DNA of 64,000 nt, from contig CAVRQT010000003.1 of the NCBI GenBank assembly GCA_963723515.1, positions 192,001 to 256,000 of the forward strand, in the 5' to 3' direction. This document shows positions 42,400 to 54,399 of the stretch, piece by piece. Position 1 is the first letter of the stretch; every line of letters begins with the position of its first letter. Origin of the DNA: Vulcanimicrobiota bacterium (lineage in GTDB: Bacteria; Vulcanimicrobiota; Vulcanimicrobiia; Vulcanimicrobiales; Vulcanimicrobiaceae). The translations under genes and the position numbers were made by a program. A model generated the notes under the pieces. It saw nothing but the letters and a program-made list of their open reading frames with translations. It had not been told where the DNA came from and made no database searches.

Positions 42400-43338
42400 G
42401 TGAAAGTCAAAGCACAATTTCCCGATGAAGCCGCCGGCGACGGGCGCTTCATCCGGCAGAAGGATCACTTTCGCGGTTGGATCGGCGCCGGAAGCTCGGA
42501 CTATCCGGCCGTTGCCGGGCGTTACCATCTCTATGTGTCGCTCGCATGCCCTTGGGCGCATCGCACGGTTATCGTCCGCAAGTTGCTGCAATTGGAAGAG
42601 GCGATCGGAATGACGATTGTCGATCCAATCCGTGACGAACGGGGCTGGGCGTTTCGAGATGGTCCCGGATACTCGCACGATCCGATCAACGGGTTCGCTT
42701 TCTTGAAGGAAGCCTATGTTGCAACCGATCCGCAGTATCGGGGGCGCGTCACCGTCCCAGTCCTCTGGGATAAGCAAACGAAAAGAATCGTCAGCAACTC
42801 AGATGACGACATCATGCGCATGTTGGAGACCGAGTTTCTCGAAGTTGCCCGCAATAAGATCGTGCTCTATCCAGCGCCGATCGCGCCAGATATCGATGAG
42901 CTCAACGAAGCGATTTACCAGACGATCAACGACGGCGTGTACCGTGCCGGATTTGCAACGTCACAGGGAGCGTACGAAGAGGCGGCTTATCGCCTTTTCG
43001 ATATGCTCGACGTGCTCGAGAGCCGGCTCGCCGAGCGTCGCTATCTTTTCGGTGAGCAGCCGCTCGAAACCGATTGGCGGTTATTCACGACGCTGATCCG
43101 CTTCGATCCGGTCTACTACTTGCATTTCAAGTGCAATCTGCGGCGCATCATCGACTATCCGAATCTGTTCGGCTACCTCCGCGATCTCTATCAAGTCGAT
43201 GGCGTCGCGCAAACGGTCAACTTCGATCACATCAAACGCCACTACTATTGCACGCATACGGAGATCAATCCGAGCGGAATCGTCCCGATCGGCCCGGCGC
43301 AGGATTTGAACGCGCCGCACGGCCGCGAGCGGCTTTAG
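42400..43338 (+). CDS. glutathionyl-hydroquinone reductase (YqjG/omega-like GST)
   Basis: YVSLACPWAHR, TVPVLWD, GVYRAGFA, IRFDPVY, HIKRHYY. Confidence 0.95.
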   Translation: MKVKAQFPDEAAGDGRFIRQKDHFRGWIGAGSSDYPAVAGRYHLYVSLACPWAHRTVIVRKLLQLEEAIGMTIVDPIRDERGWAFRDGPGYSHDPINGFAFLKEAYVATDPQYRGRVTVPVLWDKQTKRIVSNSDDDIMRMLETEFLEVARNKIVLYPAPIAPDIDELNEAIYQTINDGVYRAGFATSQGAYEEAAYRLFDMLDVLESRLAERRYLFGEQPLETDWRLFTTLIRFDPVYYLHFKCNLRRIIDYPNLFGYLRDLYQVDGVAQTVNFDHIKRHYYCTHTEINPSGIVPIGPAQDLNAPHGRERL

Positions 43339-43344
43339 ATAGGA

Positions 43345-44504
43345 TCAGCGCACGACGCCGAGCTCGAAACCGAAGCGATCTTGATCGGCGTTCGTGCCGC
43401 CTGCACTGAAACCAAGCCCCGCGGTAAACGAAGTGAGCCGAACGTGAGAGTACTCAAACCGCAAGACGCCATAATTTGCAAAGTGGTATGCCGGCGTCAG
43501 TGTTAAGGAAAGTGCCGAGCTGCCCGGACCGAAACCGATTAAGTCTGCGTTACCGCTGTGAGTCCGTCGTAGAGCTGTAATTCCAGACGCTTTCAAACCG
43601 AAATGCAAGTGAGAACGGCGTGCTCCATGCGTACGTGCCCATCAACACAGCTGCCATCGCATTTTCACTCGCGAGTGTAGCCAAGTGAAGATGATGCCGG
43701 CGAATGCACCCACAGCATGTACGGTAGCAACTGCAGTTTCCCGAACTGCCGCGTCAACATCAAATCGTATTCAGCTTTGTTGCCGATCGCGACAGTTGGA
43801 TTGGGGCCGATGTTGCTTCCGGGAACGATACCGGCAAACTGAACGCTCGTATCGGACGATGGGGACCATCCAACGAGCCACTCGATCGCGCGATTATGAC
43901 CGGAGTAATAGGCATCGTTCGCCTCAAGCGTCGCCGTCCATGGGCCACGTGCGTAGATCGCGCGCACGCCGCGGCTTATTGTCGGCTCCATCGTCCACGC
44001 AAGCCCGCGTTGCACGTTGATGTTCTGGTAGGTCATCGGCGACTCTTGACCGAGCAACGAGGCAAATTTTCCGGCTGCAAGACTGAAGTGGCTATCGAAG
44101 TTGTACTGGGCGGCAACAACAGGCAACTGCGAATAGAGCAGTGTATTGGCGCCGCTTTGCGTGCTCTGGTTGATCGCTTCTCCGACCGTTAAGAGGTTGT
44201 AGACGCCGGCGCTTGCAGTCACGCGAAACCGCGCACTACCGGCGGATATGTTAAGAAGAAGATCCGAGATGTCGCCGCGACCGGCCCGATCGCTTCCAGA
44301 CGGCGTATCGAGCGCGCCGGTGTTGTTCACCCCATCGGTGTGAAATCCGAAAATCGTGAACGCGCCGCCGATGATGAGCGGTGGCATTGGCGTCGGAAGC
44401 TCCAGCGGTGTGGGGCTTGGTGATGGAGCTGGCGTTTGTGCGATCGCCGGTGCCGTGATCGCCGCTGCGATCAAACAGACGAAGATAAGAGTGAGTCGGT
44501 GCAT
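43345..44504 (-). CDS. outer-membrane beta-barrel porin (BBP2-like; frameshifts near 43670 and 43560)
   Basis: Signal peptide MHRLTLIF, PSPSPT linker, GKFASLLGQES..YQN.N, EP...RG, LTLTP, RFEY. Confidence 0.75.
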
Positions 44505-44607
44505 TCTGCCCTCGAGTCTAGCGCGAACGCTCGCTTCCCGGTATCCGTCAAACGGATGATCCAAATGGATATGGGTGACACGGAATAATGGCGCGAACGT
44601 ATAGCGC

Positions 44608-45180
44608 ATGATTGAGTGGATGCATGATTTAGACGCTGCTCTTCAGCGTGCCCGCGAGGAAGAAAAACTCGTCTTGGTCGATGTCTTCAACCCTGGCTGA
44701 GGGGGCTGCAAAGCGTTGGATACCGTGACGTATCCTCAGCCGCCCGTCGTGCAAGTAATCACAGAAAACGCCATTCCCGTTCAATACGACAATTCGAAGA
44801 AAGAGAATGTCGAGGTTCTCAAGCGGCTCCATCACATTTGGACGCCGGATGTGCGAGTTCTCGATGAGAGGGGCGCGGAGCTCTACCGTTGGGACGGCTT
44901 CCTCCCGCCGCCGGAATTCATCGCGCGAGCATTATGCGGCTTCGGGCAAGCGCATTTGCGCCGGCGAGAGTTTGAAGCGGCCGAAAAGCTCTACATTGAC
45001 GTGCTGACGCGCTTCTCGACGACCTATGCGGCTCCCGAAGCGCTCTACTACTTAGGCGTGACGAGGTATCGCAAGAATCCGCTCGGCAACGATCTGCTCG
45101 ACCAGTGGGCCCATCTGCGCGAGCGCTATCCGATGAGCGAGTATCGCGTCAAGCAATCGTTCAAAGAACTGCCGGAATAG
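44608..45180 (+). CDS. thioredoxin-fold plus TPR-like protein, putative selenoprotein (UGGC)
   Basis: MIEWMHDLDAALQRAREEEKLVLVDVFNPG-TGA-GGCKALDTVTY is in frame with ORF 44716-45180; WTP loop; TPR-like C-terminus. Confidence 0.8.
44701..44745 (+). promoter_or_regulatory. putative bacterial SECIS element
   Basis: GGATAC-CGTGAC-GTATCC hairpin with the loop starting 23 nt after the TGA and G at loop position 2; lower stem GGCTG/CAGCC. Confidence 0.6.
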
Positions 45181-45186
45181 TTGACG

Positions 45187-46483
<1,297 letters not shown>

Positions 46484-46502
46484 GGAGAACGAACGCCGCA
46501 TT

Positions 46503-47757
46503 ATGCGAGGCGCAAGCGCAGTCCTATCCCGCAAAAGCGGCTTCGATGTCGAGCAGTTGCTGCCGCCGCAGCAGGCAATCATCACTTTCTTGTCGCGCGC
46601 GGCCCTGCGGCCGGCGCGACGCGAGCGCGTGAATCTGGATGAAGCATCGGGTCGCGTACTCGCCGCCGATCTTATTGCGGATCGCTGCTATCCCGATGCG
46701 CCTCGTTCGACGATGGACGGCTACGCGATTCGTGCGAGCGACGTCCCCGCGGCCTTGCGCATCGTCGACGAAATTCAGATCGGACGTCTCCCTGCGCGTC
46801 GCATTATCCGCTTTGGAGGCAGCGCGCATTCCGACCGGCGGCCTCTTGCCTGTGGGAAGCGACGCCGTCGTTCCGTTTGAGCGCGTCGTCCTCGACGGTG
46901 AGACGATTCGGATCGAGGACGCGGTAGCCGTGGGCGACTGCATCACTCCGCGCGGCGAAGATATAAAGGAAGGCGAGCTGCTCTTTCGCGCCGGCCGGCG
47001 CATCGGTGCAGCGGAGGCCGGGGTCTTGGCGACGCTAGGCCGAGGGCAGATCGAGGTCTTTGCACGTCCTCGCATTGCGGTCGTTTCTTCCGGCGATGAG
47101 CTCGTCGATCCGCAGGCCGATCCCCAACCGGGCCAGGTCCGCGATTCAAATCGCTATGTGATTGCGGCGGCTTTGAGAGCGATGGGAGCCATCGCGACGC
47201 ACTATCCTACCGCGCGCGACCGTGAAGGCGCCTTGGAGGATATTTTGCGTGCCGCGCTCGCGGACAACGATGCGGTCATCGTCAGCGGTGGTTCTTCGGT
47301 CGGAGAACGCGATCGCACGCCCGTTGCAATTGCGGCGCTCGGAGAGCCCGGCGTTATCGTGCATGGCTTGCGCGTCAAGCCAGGCAAACCGACGGTGCTC
47401 GCCGCTATCGACGGTAAACCGATCGTCGGCTTGCCCGGAAATCCAACGTCCGCGCTGATGATTCTCGAGACCGTAGGGGCCCCGATTATTGCGGCAATGA
47501 CCGGCGCGCATCTCATCGAACGCCAAACGGGAGCCCAACTGGAGCAAACCGTGGAGAGCCGAGCGGGTTGGACGTCGTTCGTTCCCGTCGCTCTTTCGCA
47601 AGATGCAGTGCCCTTTCGAGCGCAGCCGCTCGCGATGCACTCGTCGCTGACGAGTTTGTGCGCGCGCGCCGACGGTTTCATCGTCGTCGACGAGGAAACC
47701 AAACGCCTCGAGCGCGGTGCAGCCGTGCGCGTCTATCCGTTTACGAGAGGTTGGTAG
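46503..47757 (+). CDS. moeA: molybdopterin molybdotransferase (frameshift near 46790)
   Basis: SMDGYA-like STMDGYA, IPTGG, SSGDEL, DSN, SGGSSVG, KPGKP, LPGNP. Confidence 0.93.
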
Positions 47758-47759
47758 CC

Positions 47760-48314
47760 GTGAAGCTTTGGCGTGCGATTGCTTGTGGAGCAATGTTCGC
47801 GCTTGCCGCGTGTTCCGGAACCGCGCAGCGACAAGCGCAAAGTTTTGCCAGTGCAGCGCCCGGCCAGCTGAAGGACGCAGGGCTAGCGGTTGCGATCAAA
47901 GGCAAGCTGGCAACGATCGATCTCGATTCGTCGGCGGCGGTCGATGTTGTCGTCTCTAACGGCGTCGCCACGCTAAGCGGTGAAGTACGTTCGCAAAGCG
48001 TGCGAAATCAATTCGAGGCGGCCGCCCGATCGATCGGAGGCGTGCGCAGCGTTCAAGATCGCACGACGATCAACCCGAAAGTGCGGAGCGTTCGCGAGTC
48101 GGCGTCCGACGCGGCTTTGCTCGCAAAAGTCGACGGCACGCTTCTCGCGCAAACGGGCATCAACGCCTTCAAAGTCAAGACTGCGGCTCACAGCGGCGTC
48201 GTTACCTTGAGCGGCACGCTTTCGTCGCAGGGGACAAAGCAGACGATGCTCGACTCCGTGCGCCGATTGAACGGCGTAAGAAGCGTCGTCGATCGCATCA
48301 CCGTTCATCCGTGA
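47760..48314 (+). CDS. dual BON-domain lipoprotein
   Basis: LAAC lipobox; two D..L...GVV/ATLSG.....GVRSV.D repeats. Confidence 0.88.
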   Translation: MKLWRAIACGAMFALAACSGTAQRQAQSFASAAPGQLKDAGLAVAIKGKLATIDLDSSAAVDVVVSNGVATLSGEVRSQSVRNQFEAAARSIGGVRSVQDRTTINPKVRSVRESASDAALLAKVDGTLLAQTGINAFKVKTAAHSGVVTLSGTLSSQGTKQTMLDSVRRLNGVRSVVDRITVHP

Positions 48315-49405
48315 CGGTACTGCGCGCAACGCCCGCGATTGAAGCGATTCCGCCGATGACGCCGTTCATCGGTCCGGAGCAACTGATGCGCGAGGGCGGA
48401 CATCCGCGCATCTTGCGCCTGGGCGCAAATGAAAGCGCGTTCGGCCCATCGCCCAGAGCGCTCGCCGCGATGGCGGCGGAGTTGCCGCGGCTCTCATGGT
48501 ACGGCGACCCGGAGTCGCACGACTTACGTGAAGCGCTCGCCGGCCGGCTCGGCTGCAAGATCGATCAAATCTTAATCGCTTCAGGCATCGACGATTTGAT
48601 GGGCCTCGCTGTTCGCGCGTTCATCGGCCCGGGTTCAATTGCGTTGGCGACCCGCGGAACGTATCCGACATTCGCATACCACGTCACCGGGTATGGCGGG
48701 GCGCTTGAAACGGTCGACTACCTTGCCGACGGGAAGATCGACGTCGACGGCTTGCTGGAGCGCGCTCGTCAATTGCGTCCCGCGATCCTCTACGTTGCCA
48801 ATCCTGACAATCCGAGCGGAACGATGTGCGCGCGCGAGCAGGTCGAGACGCTTCTCGAGAAGACGCCGCCGCAAACGCTGCTGCTCTTGGATGAGGCGTA
48901 CGCGGAATTCGCTCCGCCGCACTCGTTCATGCCGACGATCGTCGATCCGCGATTGATGCGCGTCCGCACGTTTTCAAAGGCGTATGGGATGGCCGGGGCG
49001 CGCGTGGGCTACGCCGTCACGACGATCCGCAACGTCGAAACCTTCGCCAAGATTCGGCTTCAATACGGCGTCAACCGCAACGCCCAGATCGGGGCGCTTG
49101 CGGCACTCGACGATGAAGCGTATGCATCGGGCGTTGTCGCGCAAGTCGAGCGGGGACGCGAGGAGTACTACGCGCTCGCGAGGTCTTTAGGGCGTCAATC
49201 TATCCCGTCGTACACGAACTTCGTATGCATCGACTACGGCACGGCGCAAGAGGCAAATGCCGTCATCGTCGATCTGATGGCCCGCGGCGTCTTTATTCGC
49301 AAGCCCTTCGCGCCGCCGCTCGACGGTTATATTCGAGTGACCGTTGGAACGGCGCCGGAACGATCCGAATTTGCGGAGCACCTGCGTGCTGTACGGCCGC
49401 GATGA
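48311..49405 (+). CDS. histidinol-phosphate aminotransferase family protein
   Basis: GANES.FGPSP, NPDNPSG, DEAY, RTFSKAYGMAGARVGY. Confidence 0.88.
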   Translation: MTVLRATPAIEAIPPMTPFIGPEQLMREGGHPRILRLGANESAFGPSPRALAAMAAELPRLSWYGDPESHDLREALAGRLGCKIDQILIASGIDDLMGLAVRAFIGPGSIALATRGTYPTFAYHVTGYGGALETVDYLADGKIDVDGLLERARQLRPAILYVANPDNPSGTMCAREQVETLLEKTPPQTLLLLDEAYAEFAPPHSFMPTIVDPRLMRVRTFSKAYGMAGARVGYAVTTIRNVETFAKIRLQYGVNRNAQIGALAALDDEAYASGVVAQVERGREEYYALARSLGRQSIPSYTNFVCIDYGTAQEANAVIVDLMARGVFIRKPFAPPLDGYIRVTVGTAPERSEFAEHLRAVRPR

Positions 49406-50127
49406 GATATGCGATCATTTCGGACGTCCATTCCAATCTCGAGTCGCTTGAAGTGATGCTCGGGAGGCTTCAAGAGGACGACGGTCTCTTGTGTTTGGGC
49501 GACATCGTTGGATACGGTCCAAACCCCAATGAATGCGTCTCGCGCATCCACGCGCGGGCGACCGAAGTCGTGCTAGGAAACCATGACGTCGCCGCGACCG
49601 ACAACTTCGGCGTCGAATATTTCAACCCGGTTGCCCGCAATGCGATCGAGTGGACTCAGCGGACGATTTCAAAAGAGAGCGTCGATTGGCTCACTACGCT
49701 GAGTTATGAAATTCGCAAGCCCGAATACTTGATGGTGCACGGCGCCCCCAAAAACTACTTCGAGTACATCCTCGATAAGCGCGGCGCATCTCGCGCGTTC
49801 AAGAACACCGATGCGCCGTTGATCTTCGTCGGTCATACGCACATCGCCGACTACTACACGCTCAGGGCAGACGGCACAATCGACCACGCCCACATGCAGA
49901 ACGGCGGCCCACTCGAACTCGCGGAAGGCGATCGGTACATTATCAATCCGGGAAGCATCGGACAGCCGCGGGACCTGAACCCCAAAGCCGCCTTCGCCTG
50001 GTACGACGACGTGCAGCGAACGCTCGAATTCGTTCGGTACGATTACGCGATTGCCCAAGTTCAGCAGAAGATTCTCGCTGCCGGCCTTCCTGAAGCCCTG
50101 GCGGCTCGACTCGACGTTGGACGCTGA
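49402..50127 (+). CDS. metallophosphoesterase
   Basis: SDVHSN, GDIVGYG, GNHD, HG, GHTH, NPGSIGQPRD. Confidence 0.92.
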   Translation: MRYAIISDVHSNLESLEVMLGRLQEDDGLLCLGDIVGYGPNPNECVSRIHARATEVVLGNHDVAATDNFGVEYFNPVARNAIEWTQRTISKESVDWLTTLSYEIRKPEYLMVHGAPKNYFEYILDKRGASRAFKNTDAPLIFVGHTHIADYYTLRADGTIDHAHMQNGGPLELAEGDRYIINPGSIGQPRDLNPKAAFAWYDDVQRTLEFVRYDYAIAQVQQKILAAGLPEALAARLDVGR

Positions 50128-50566
50128 TCTCGTGCCGATCGACGATCGGAACTGCTTTGCTTGCGGAGCCGAGAATCCGATCGGTTTGCATCTCGAGTTT
50201 GAGCGCGCGGGGGCGCAAAGCGTTCGCACGCAGGTCACGCTGGCGCGCCAGTTTCAAGGATGGCGTGACGTCGCGCACGGCGGCATCGTCATTGCGCTGC
50301 TCGATGAAGCGATGGCGTATGCGGCCGGTGCCGCAGGCTTTCGCGGCGTAACGGCGAGCCTATCCACACGCTTTCGCGCTCCGATTCCGCTTGGCCGGCC
50401 GCTTGATGTCTTCGGCGAGGTCCGATGGATGCGCCGTAACGTGCTCGGACTCTTCGCGCGCGTCTGCGATAGCCATCGGCTTCTTGCGGAAGGCGAGGGC
50501 CATTTCGTCGCCCGAGGCGCGATTGACGCGTCTTCCGACTTAGCCCGGCGGCTCGAAGGCGCATAA
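50117..50566 (+). CDS. PaaI family thioesterase
   Basis: CFACG.ENP.GL, HGG....LLDE. Confidence 0.9.
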   Translation: MDADLVPIDDRNCFACGAENPIGLHLEFERAGAQSVRTQVTLARQFQGWRDVAHGGIVIALLDEAMAYAAGAAGFRGVTASLSTRFRAPIPLGRPLDVFGEVRWMRRNVLGLFARVCDSHRLLAEGEGHFVARGAIDASSDLARRLEGA

Positions 50567-51048
50567 TGGCAAAGCGGCGTGCGCCCCGCGACGAGAAACC
50601 GCCGGCGCGCTCCCCCTCAGTTGACAACCGGCGCGCGCGTTACGAATACGAAATTCTGGAGTCGATAGAAGCCGGCATCGTACTCACCGGCACCGAGATC
50701 AAGTCGCTTCGCGCCGGCGGCGTCAGTCTGGCCGAGAGCTACGCGCGCGTCCGCGAGGGTGAGCTCTGGCTGCTCGGCATGCACGTGCCTCCATATAAGG
50801 AAGGAAGTTTCGCCAATCAAGAACCGCTCAGACCTCGCAAACTGCTCTTGCATAAGGCGCAGATCGTTCGGCTCGGCGGACGCGCGGCGGAAAAAGGCTT
50901 GACGCTCGTGCCGCTGCGGCTCTATTTCACCCGTGGAAAGGCGAAAGTCGAGCTAGGTTTAGCTCGCGGCAAGAAACTGTGGGATAAGCGGCGCGCCACC
51001 GCCGAACGGGAATTGCGTCGCGAAATTGCACGGCATGCGCGGCGCTAG
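50566..51048 (+). CDS. smpB: SsrA-binding protein
   Basis: NRRARYEY, EAGIVLTGTEIKS, RKLLLHK, GKKLWDKR. Confidence 0.98.
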   Translation: MAKRRAPRDEKPPARSPSVDNRRARYEYEILESIEAGIVLTGTEIKSLRAGGVSLAESYARVREGELWLLGMHVPPYKEGSFANQEPLRPRKLLLHKAQIVRLGGRAAEKGLTLVPLRLYFTRGKAKVELGLARGKKLWDKRRATAERELRREIARHARR

Positions 51049-51919
51049 GCCACAGCGGGCGCTCGAATCTGCAATTTTGCATGACGCGAGCCTGCAGGAT
51101 GGTGAGTCAATTGTCATCGCGTGCTCCGGCGGTCCGGATAGCGTCGCGCTCGCGGGTGTAATGAAGGCACTCGCCTTCAAGCGCAAGTGGCGGCTTTGTA
51201 TCGGCCATGTAAACCACGGCGTACGTGCTTCGGCGGAACAGGATGAGGCGGTTGCGCTCTACATCGCGGCGGCTTTGCAGTTGCCCATAAGAACCGTTCG
51301 CCTCGGTGGCGCTTCACGCGATGAACGTGCTTTGCGAACGGCTCGTTACGATACGCTCAAGCGCATCGCCAAGGAAATTGGCGCATCGGCGATCGCGACC
51401 GCCCACACCGCCGAAGATCAAACCGAAACGGTGCTCCTGGCGCTCTTTCGCGGGACAGGTACGGCCGGACTGACGGGGATCGTGCCCCGACGCTCGCTCG
51501 GCGCCGCTGTCGAGCTGTGCCGTCCGCTGCTGCGCTGCACTCACGATCAGTTGCGACGATACTGTGAAACGCTGTGTTTGCCGTATGCGCTCGATCCGAC
51601 AAATCAACTTCTGAGATACCGCCGCAATGCGGTGCGTGATGCGCTCGAGACGCTGCGCCTTTGCTTTCCAGGCCTGGATCGTGCAGTTGCTCGCGCAGCC
51701 TATATCGTCGCAGAGGAGTTGACCGGCGCGCCGCGAGCCGGCGTTCGTCGTCGCGTGCGCGAAGCGCTCAGTGAAAGCGGAGAGCTGCTAGACGTTGACT
51801 TCGAACACGTTGAGAGTGCGGTGCGTGCACTCGAGCGAGGGCGCTCCGGACTTTTTCATGTCAACCAAAACGCGGCCCTCGCGATCCGTCGCGGCAGCCT
51901 GACGGTGAAGAAACGTTGA
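51035..51919 (+). CDS. tilS: tRNA(Ile)-lysidine synthetase (short form)
   Basis: SGGPDS, HVNHG, AHTAEDQTET, RPLL, DPTN, RNAVR. Confidence 0.95.
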   Translation: MRGARPQRALESAILHDASLQDGESIVIACSGGPDSVALAGVMKALAFKRKWRLCIGHVNHGVRASAEQDEAVALYIAAALQLPIRTVRLGGASRDERALRTARYDTLKRIAKEIGASAIATAHTAEDQTETVLLALFRGTGTAGLTGIVPRRSLGAAVELCRPLLRCTHDQLRRYCETLCLPYALDPTNQLLRYRRNAVRDALETLRLCFPGLDRAVARAAYIVAEELTGAPRAGVRRRVREALSESGELLDVDFEHVESAVRALERGRSGLFHVNQNAALAIRRGSLTVKKR

Positions 51920-52476
51920 TTCAGCGGACCGCGTTGAAAGAAAGTGCCGCCCCGGTGCTCTACACGTCCCAGGAAGTCGACGGAGCGGTTCGACGCCTGG
52001 CAGCGCAGATTGCGCGCGACTTCTGCGGGCAACCCTTGCTGCTGCTCGGCGTGTTGAAAGGTGCGCTGTATGTCACGGTCGATTTGGCCCGGGCGCTCTG
52101 CTCGGTAGCCGATGGCCCGAGCGAGATCACGATTGACTACATCGTTCTCTCGAGTTACGGGCAAAATATGACCAGCAGCGGTGAGGTACGGATGCTCAGG
52201 GATATAAAGCGCGTTCTCCACGGAAAAAACGTGGTGATCATCGAGGACATCGTCGACCATGGGCTGACGCTGGAGTACTTGCAAGCGCTCGTGCGGGGCC
52301 GCCAACCGGCCGTACAGAAATCATGCACGCTGCTCGATAAACCATATCACCGCCGTACCGATGTGCGCATCGACTACGTTGGAATGACCGCGCCGGATGC
52401 GTTTGTCGTAGGGTACGGTTTAGACTTCCAAGAACGCTATCGCAACCTTCCGTATATCGCGCAACTGGGGCACTGA
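51916..52476 (+). CDS. hpt: hypoxanthine phosphoribosyltransferase
   Basis: VLKG, SSYG, IEDIVDHGLT, FVVGYGLD, YRNLP. Confidence 0.95.
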   Translation: MIQRTALKESAAPVLYTSQEVDGAVRRLAAQIARDFCGQPLLLLGVLKGALYVTVDLARALCSVADGPSEITIDYIVLSSYGQNMTSSGEVRMLRDIKRVLHGKNVVIIEDIVDHGLTLEYLQALVRGRQPAVQKSCTLLDKPYHRRTDVRIDYVGMTAPDAFVVGYGLDFQERYRNLPYIAQLGH

Positions 52477-52482
52477 GAATCT

Positions 52483-54399
52483 TTGGCTAAACATCTTCGT
52501 TCGATCGTTCTGATTATCGCGGCTATCATCGCGGTCTTTTTGATCGTTGAGCGGCTCGTGCTGACGCAAAACACGAGCCAGAAACTTTCCTACAGCGATT
52601 TCTATCGGCGCGTATCGCAAAACCAGGTCAAGGATTTTCACGCGATCGGTCACGACGCGACGGGCGAGCTCAAGAACGGCACAAAGTACACCGTTTCGGT
52701 TCCGGACTCGAGCAGTTATCCGTTTACGCAATTTCTCTATAACCACGGCGTCGGGATCGACGTCGAACAGCCCAGCAACGGCGCGATCTTTGCGAACATT
52801 TTGCAATTCTTACCGCTGCTGCTGATGGCGGGCTTCCTGATCTTCATCCTTCGGCAAGCGCAGAACGGAGGCAGCCAGGCCCTCTCCTTCGGGCGCTCCA
52901 GGGCAAAACTGCTTTCTGAAAATCGTCCCAAGGTGACGTTCAACGACGTCGCCGGAATCGACGAGGCCAAAGAAGAGCTGCAAGAAGTTGTCGAGTTCCT
53001 GAAGTATCCGAAAAAATTCCAATCGCTCGGCGCGCGCATTCCAAAGGGCGTGCTCTTACTTGGGCCGCCGGGCTCCGGCAAGACACTGCTGGCGCGCGCG
53101 ATTGCGGGCGAAGCCGGTGTCCCGTTCTTCTCGATTTCGGGATCCGATTTCGTCGAAATGTTCGTCGGAGTTGGTGCGTCACGCGTGCGCGATCTGTTCG
53201 AGCAGGCCAAGAAGTCTGCACCATGTATCGTTTTCATTGATGAAATCGACGCGGTCGGGCGCCAGCGTGGAGCAGGCCTTGGCGGCGGCCACGACGAGCG
53301 CGAGCAGACGCTCAACCAATTGCTCGTTGAGATGGATGGCTTCGATCAAAACACGGGCGTCATTTTGATCGCGGCAACGAACCGTCCCGACGTCTTAGAT
53401 CCTGCGCTCTTGCGCCCCGGACGTTTCGACCGGCAAATCGTGGTCGATCGTGCCGACATCAGAGGACGCGCGGCGATTCTCGGCGTGCATGCGCGCAACA
53501 AGCCGCTCAACAAAGACGTCTCATTGGAGACGCTTGCCAAACGCACGCCGGGGTTTTCCGGCGCCGACCTCGAGAATCTGCTGAACGAAGCGGCATTGCT
53601 CGCGGCACGCAAAGACAAGAGCGCGATCGAAATGGCGGATTGCGATGAAGCGATCGATCGCGTGATGGTTGGCCCCGAGCGTCGCTCGGTCGTCATGTCG
53701 CAACAAGAAAAAGAAGTCACCGCTTACCACGAGTCCGGCCACGCGTTGATCGGCGGACTGCTGCCGCACCACGATCCGATTCACAAAGTCACGATCATAC
53801 CGCGCGGAATGGCAATGGGCATTACCTGGTCGCTTCCGGAAGATGACCGCCACAGCCAGACCAAAGAGCAGTTGCTCGCTGCAGTGTGCCGGCTCTTGGG
53901 CGGACGAATCGCTGAAGAGATCAAGTTCAAAGATGTAACGACCGGCGCAAGCAACGATTTTGAGAAAGCGACCGAAGTTGCACGGCGGATGGTGACGCAA
54001 TACGGAATGTCCGATGCGCTGGGCCCGATCCAATATGGCCGCGGCAACCATCAGGTCTTCTTAGGACGAGAACTGGGCGAAGATCGCAACTACTCCGAGG
54101 ATATCGCCGGCCGAATCGACGCTGAAGTGCGGCGCATTATCGATAACTGTTACGAGCGTGGCCGCGAGCTGCTCGAGAAAAATTGGGGCAAGGTCGAGCG
54201 CATGGTCAGCTCGCTGCTCGAATATGAAACCGTCGAGACCGAAGAAGTGAAAGCGATCCTGGAAGATCGCCCCTTCACGCGCGAAAAGGCCCCGACTGAT
54301 ACGACTCCGCCCTCGACGCCCGAGCGCGTGGAAGGCGGCACGCGCGCCAAACCCAAGAGCAAGCGCCTCCCGCCAAACATATCGCCGGAACCGGCATGA
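52483..54399 (+). CDS. ftsH: ATP-dependent zinc metalloprotease FtsH
   Basis: 2 [18 protein letters not shown] region, HESGH. Confidence 0.98.
   Translation: MAKHLRSIVLIIAAIIAVFLIVERLVLTQNTSQKLSYSDFYRRVSQNQVKDFHAIGHDATGELKNGTKYTVSVPDSSSYPFTQFLYNHGVGIDVEQPSNGAIFANILQFLPLLLMAGFLIFILRQAQNGGSQALSFGRSRAKLLSENRPKVTFNDVAGIDEAKEELQEVVEFLKYPKKFQSLGARIPKGVLLLGPPGSGKTLLARAIAGEAGVPFFSISGSDFVEMFVGVGASRVRDLFEQAKKSAPCIVFIDEIDAVGRQRGAGLGGGHDEREQTLNQLLVEMDGFDQNTGVILIAATNRPDVLDPALLRPGRFDRQIVVDRADIRGRAAILGVHARNKPLNKDVSLETLAKRTPGFSGADLENLLNEAALLAARKDKSAIEMADCDEAIDRVMVGPERRSVVMSQQEKEVTAYHESGHALIGGLLPHHDPIHKVTIIPRGMAMGITWSLPEDDRHSQTKEQLLAAVCRLLGGRIAEEIKFKDVTTGASNDFEKATEVARRMVTQYGMSDALGPIQYGRGNHQVFLGRELGEDRNYSEDIAGRIDAEVRRIIDNCYERGRELLEKNWGKVERMVSSLLEYETVETEEVKAILEDRPFTREKAPTDTTPPSTPERVEGGTRAKPKSKRLPPNISPEPA

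Noticed and set aside
43660..43670. TGA interrupting the porin gene as possible recoding
   Set aside because: The coding sequence continues in a different frame, so this is an indel; there is no redox motif.
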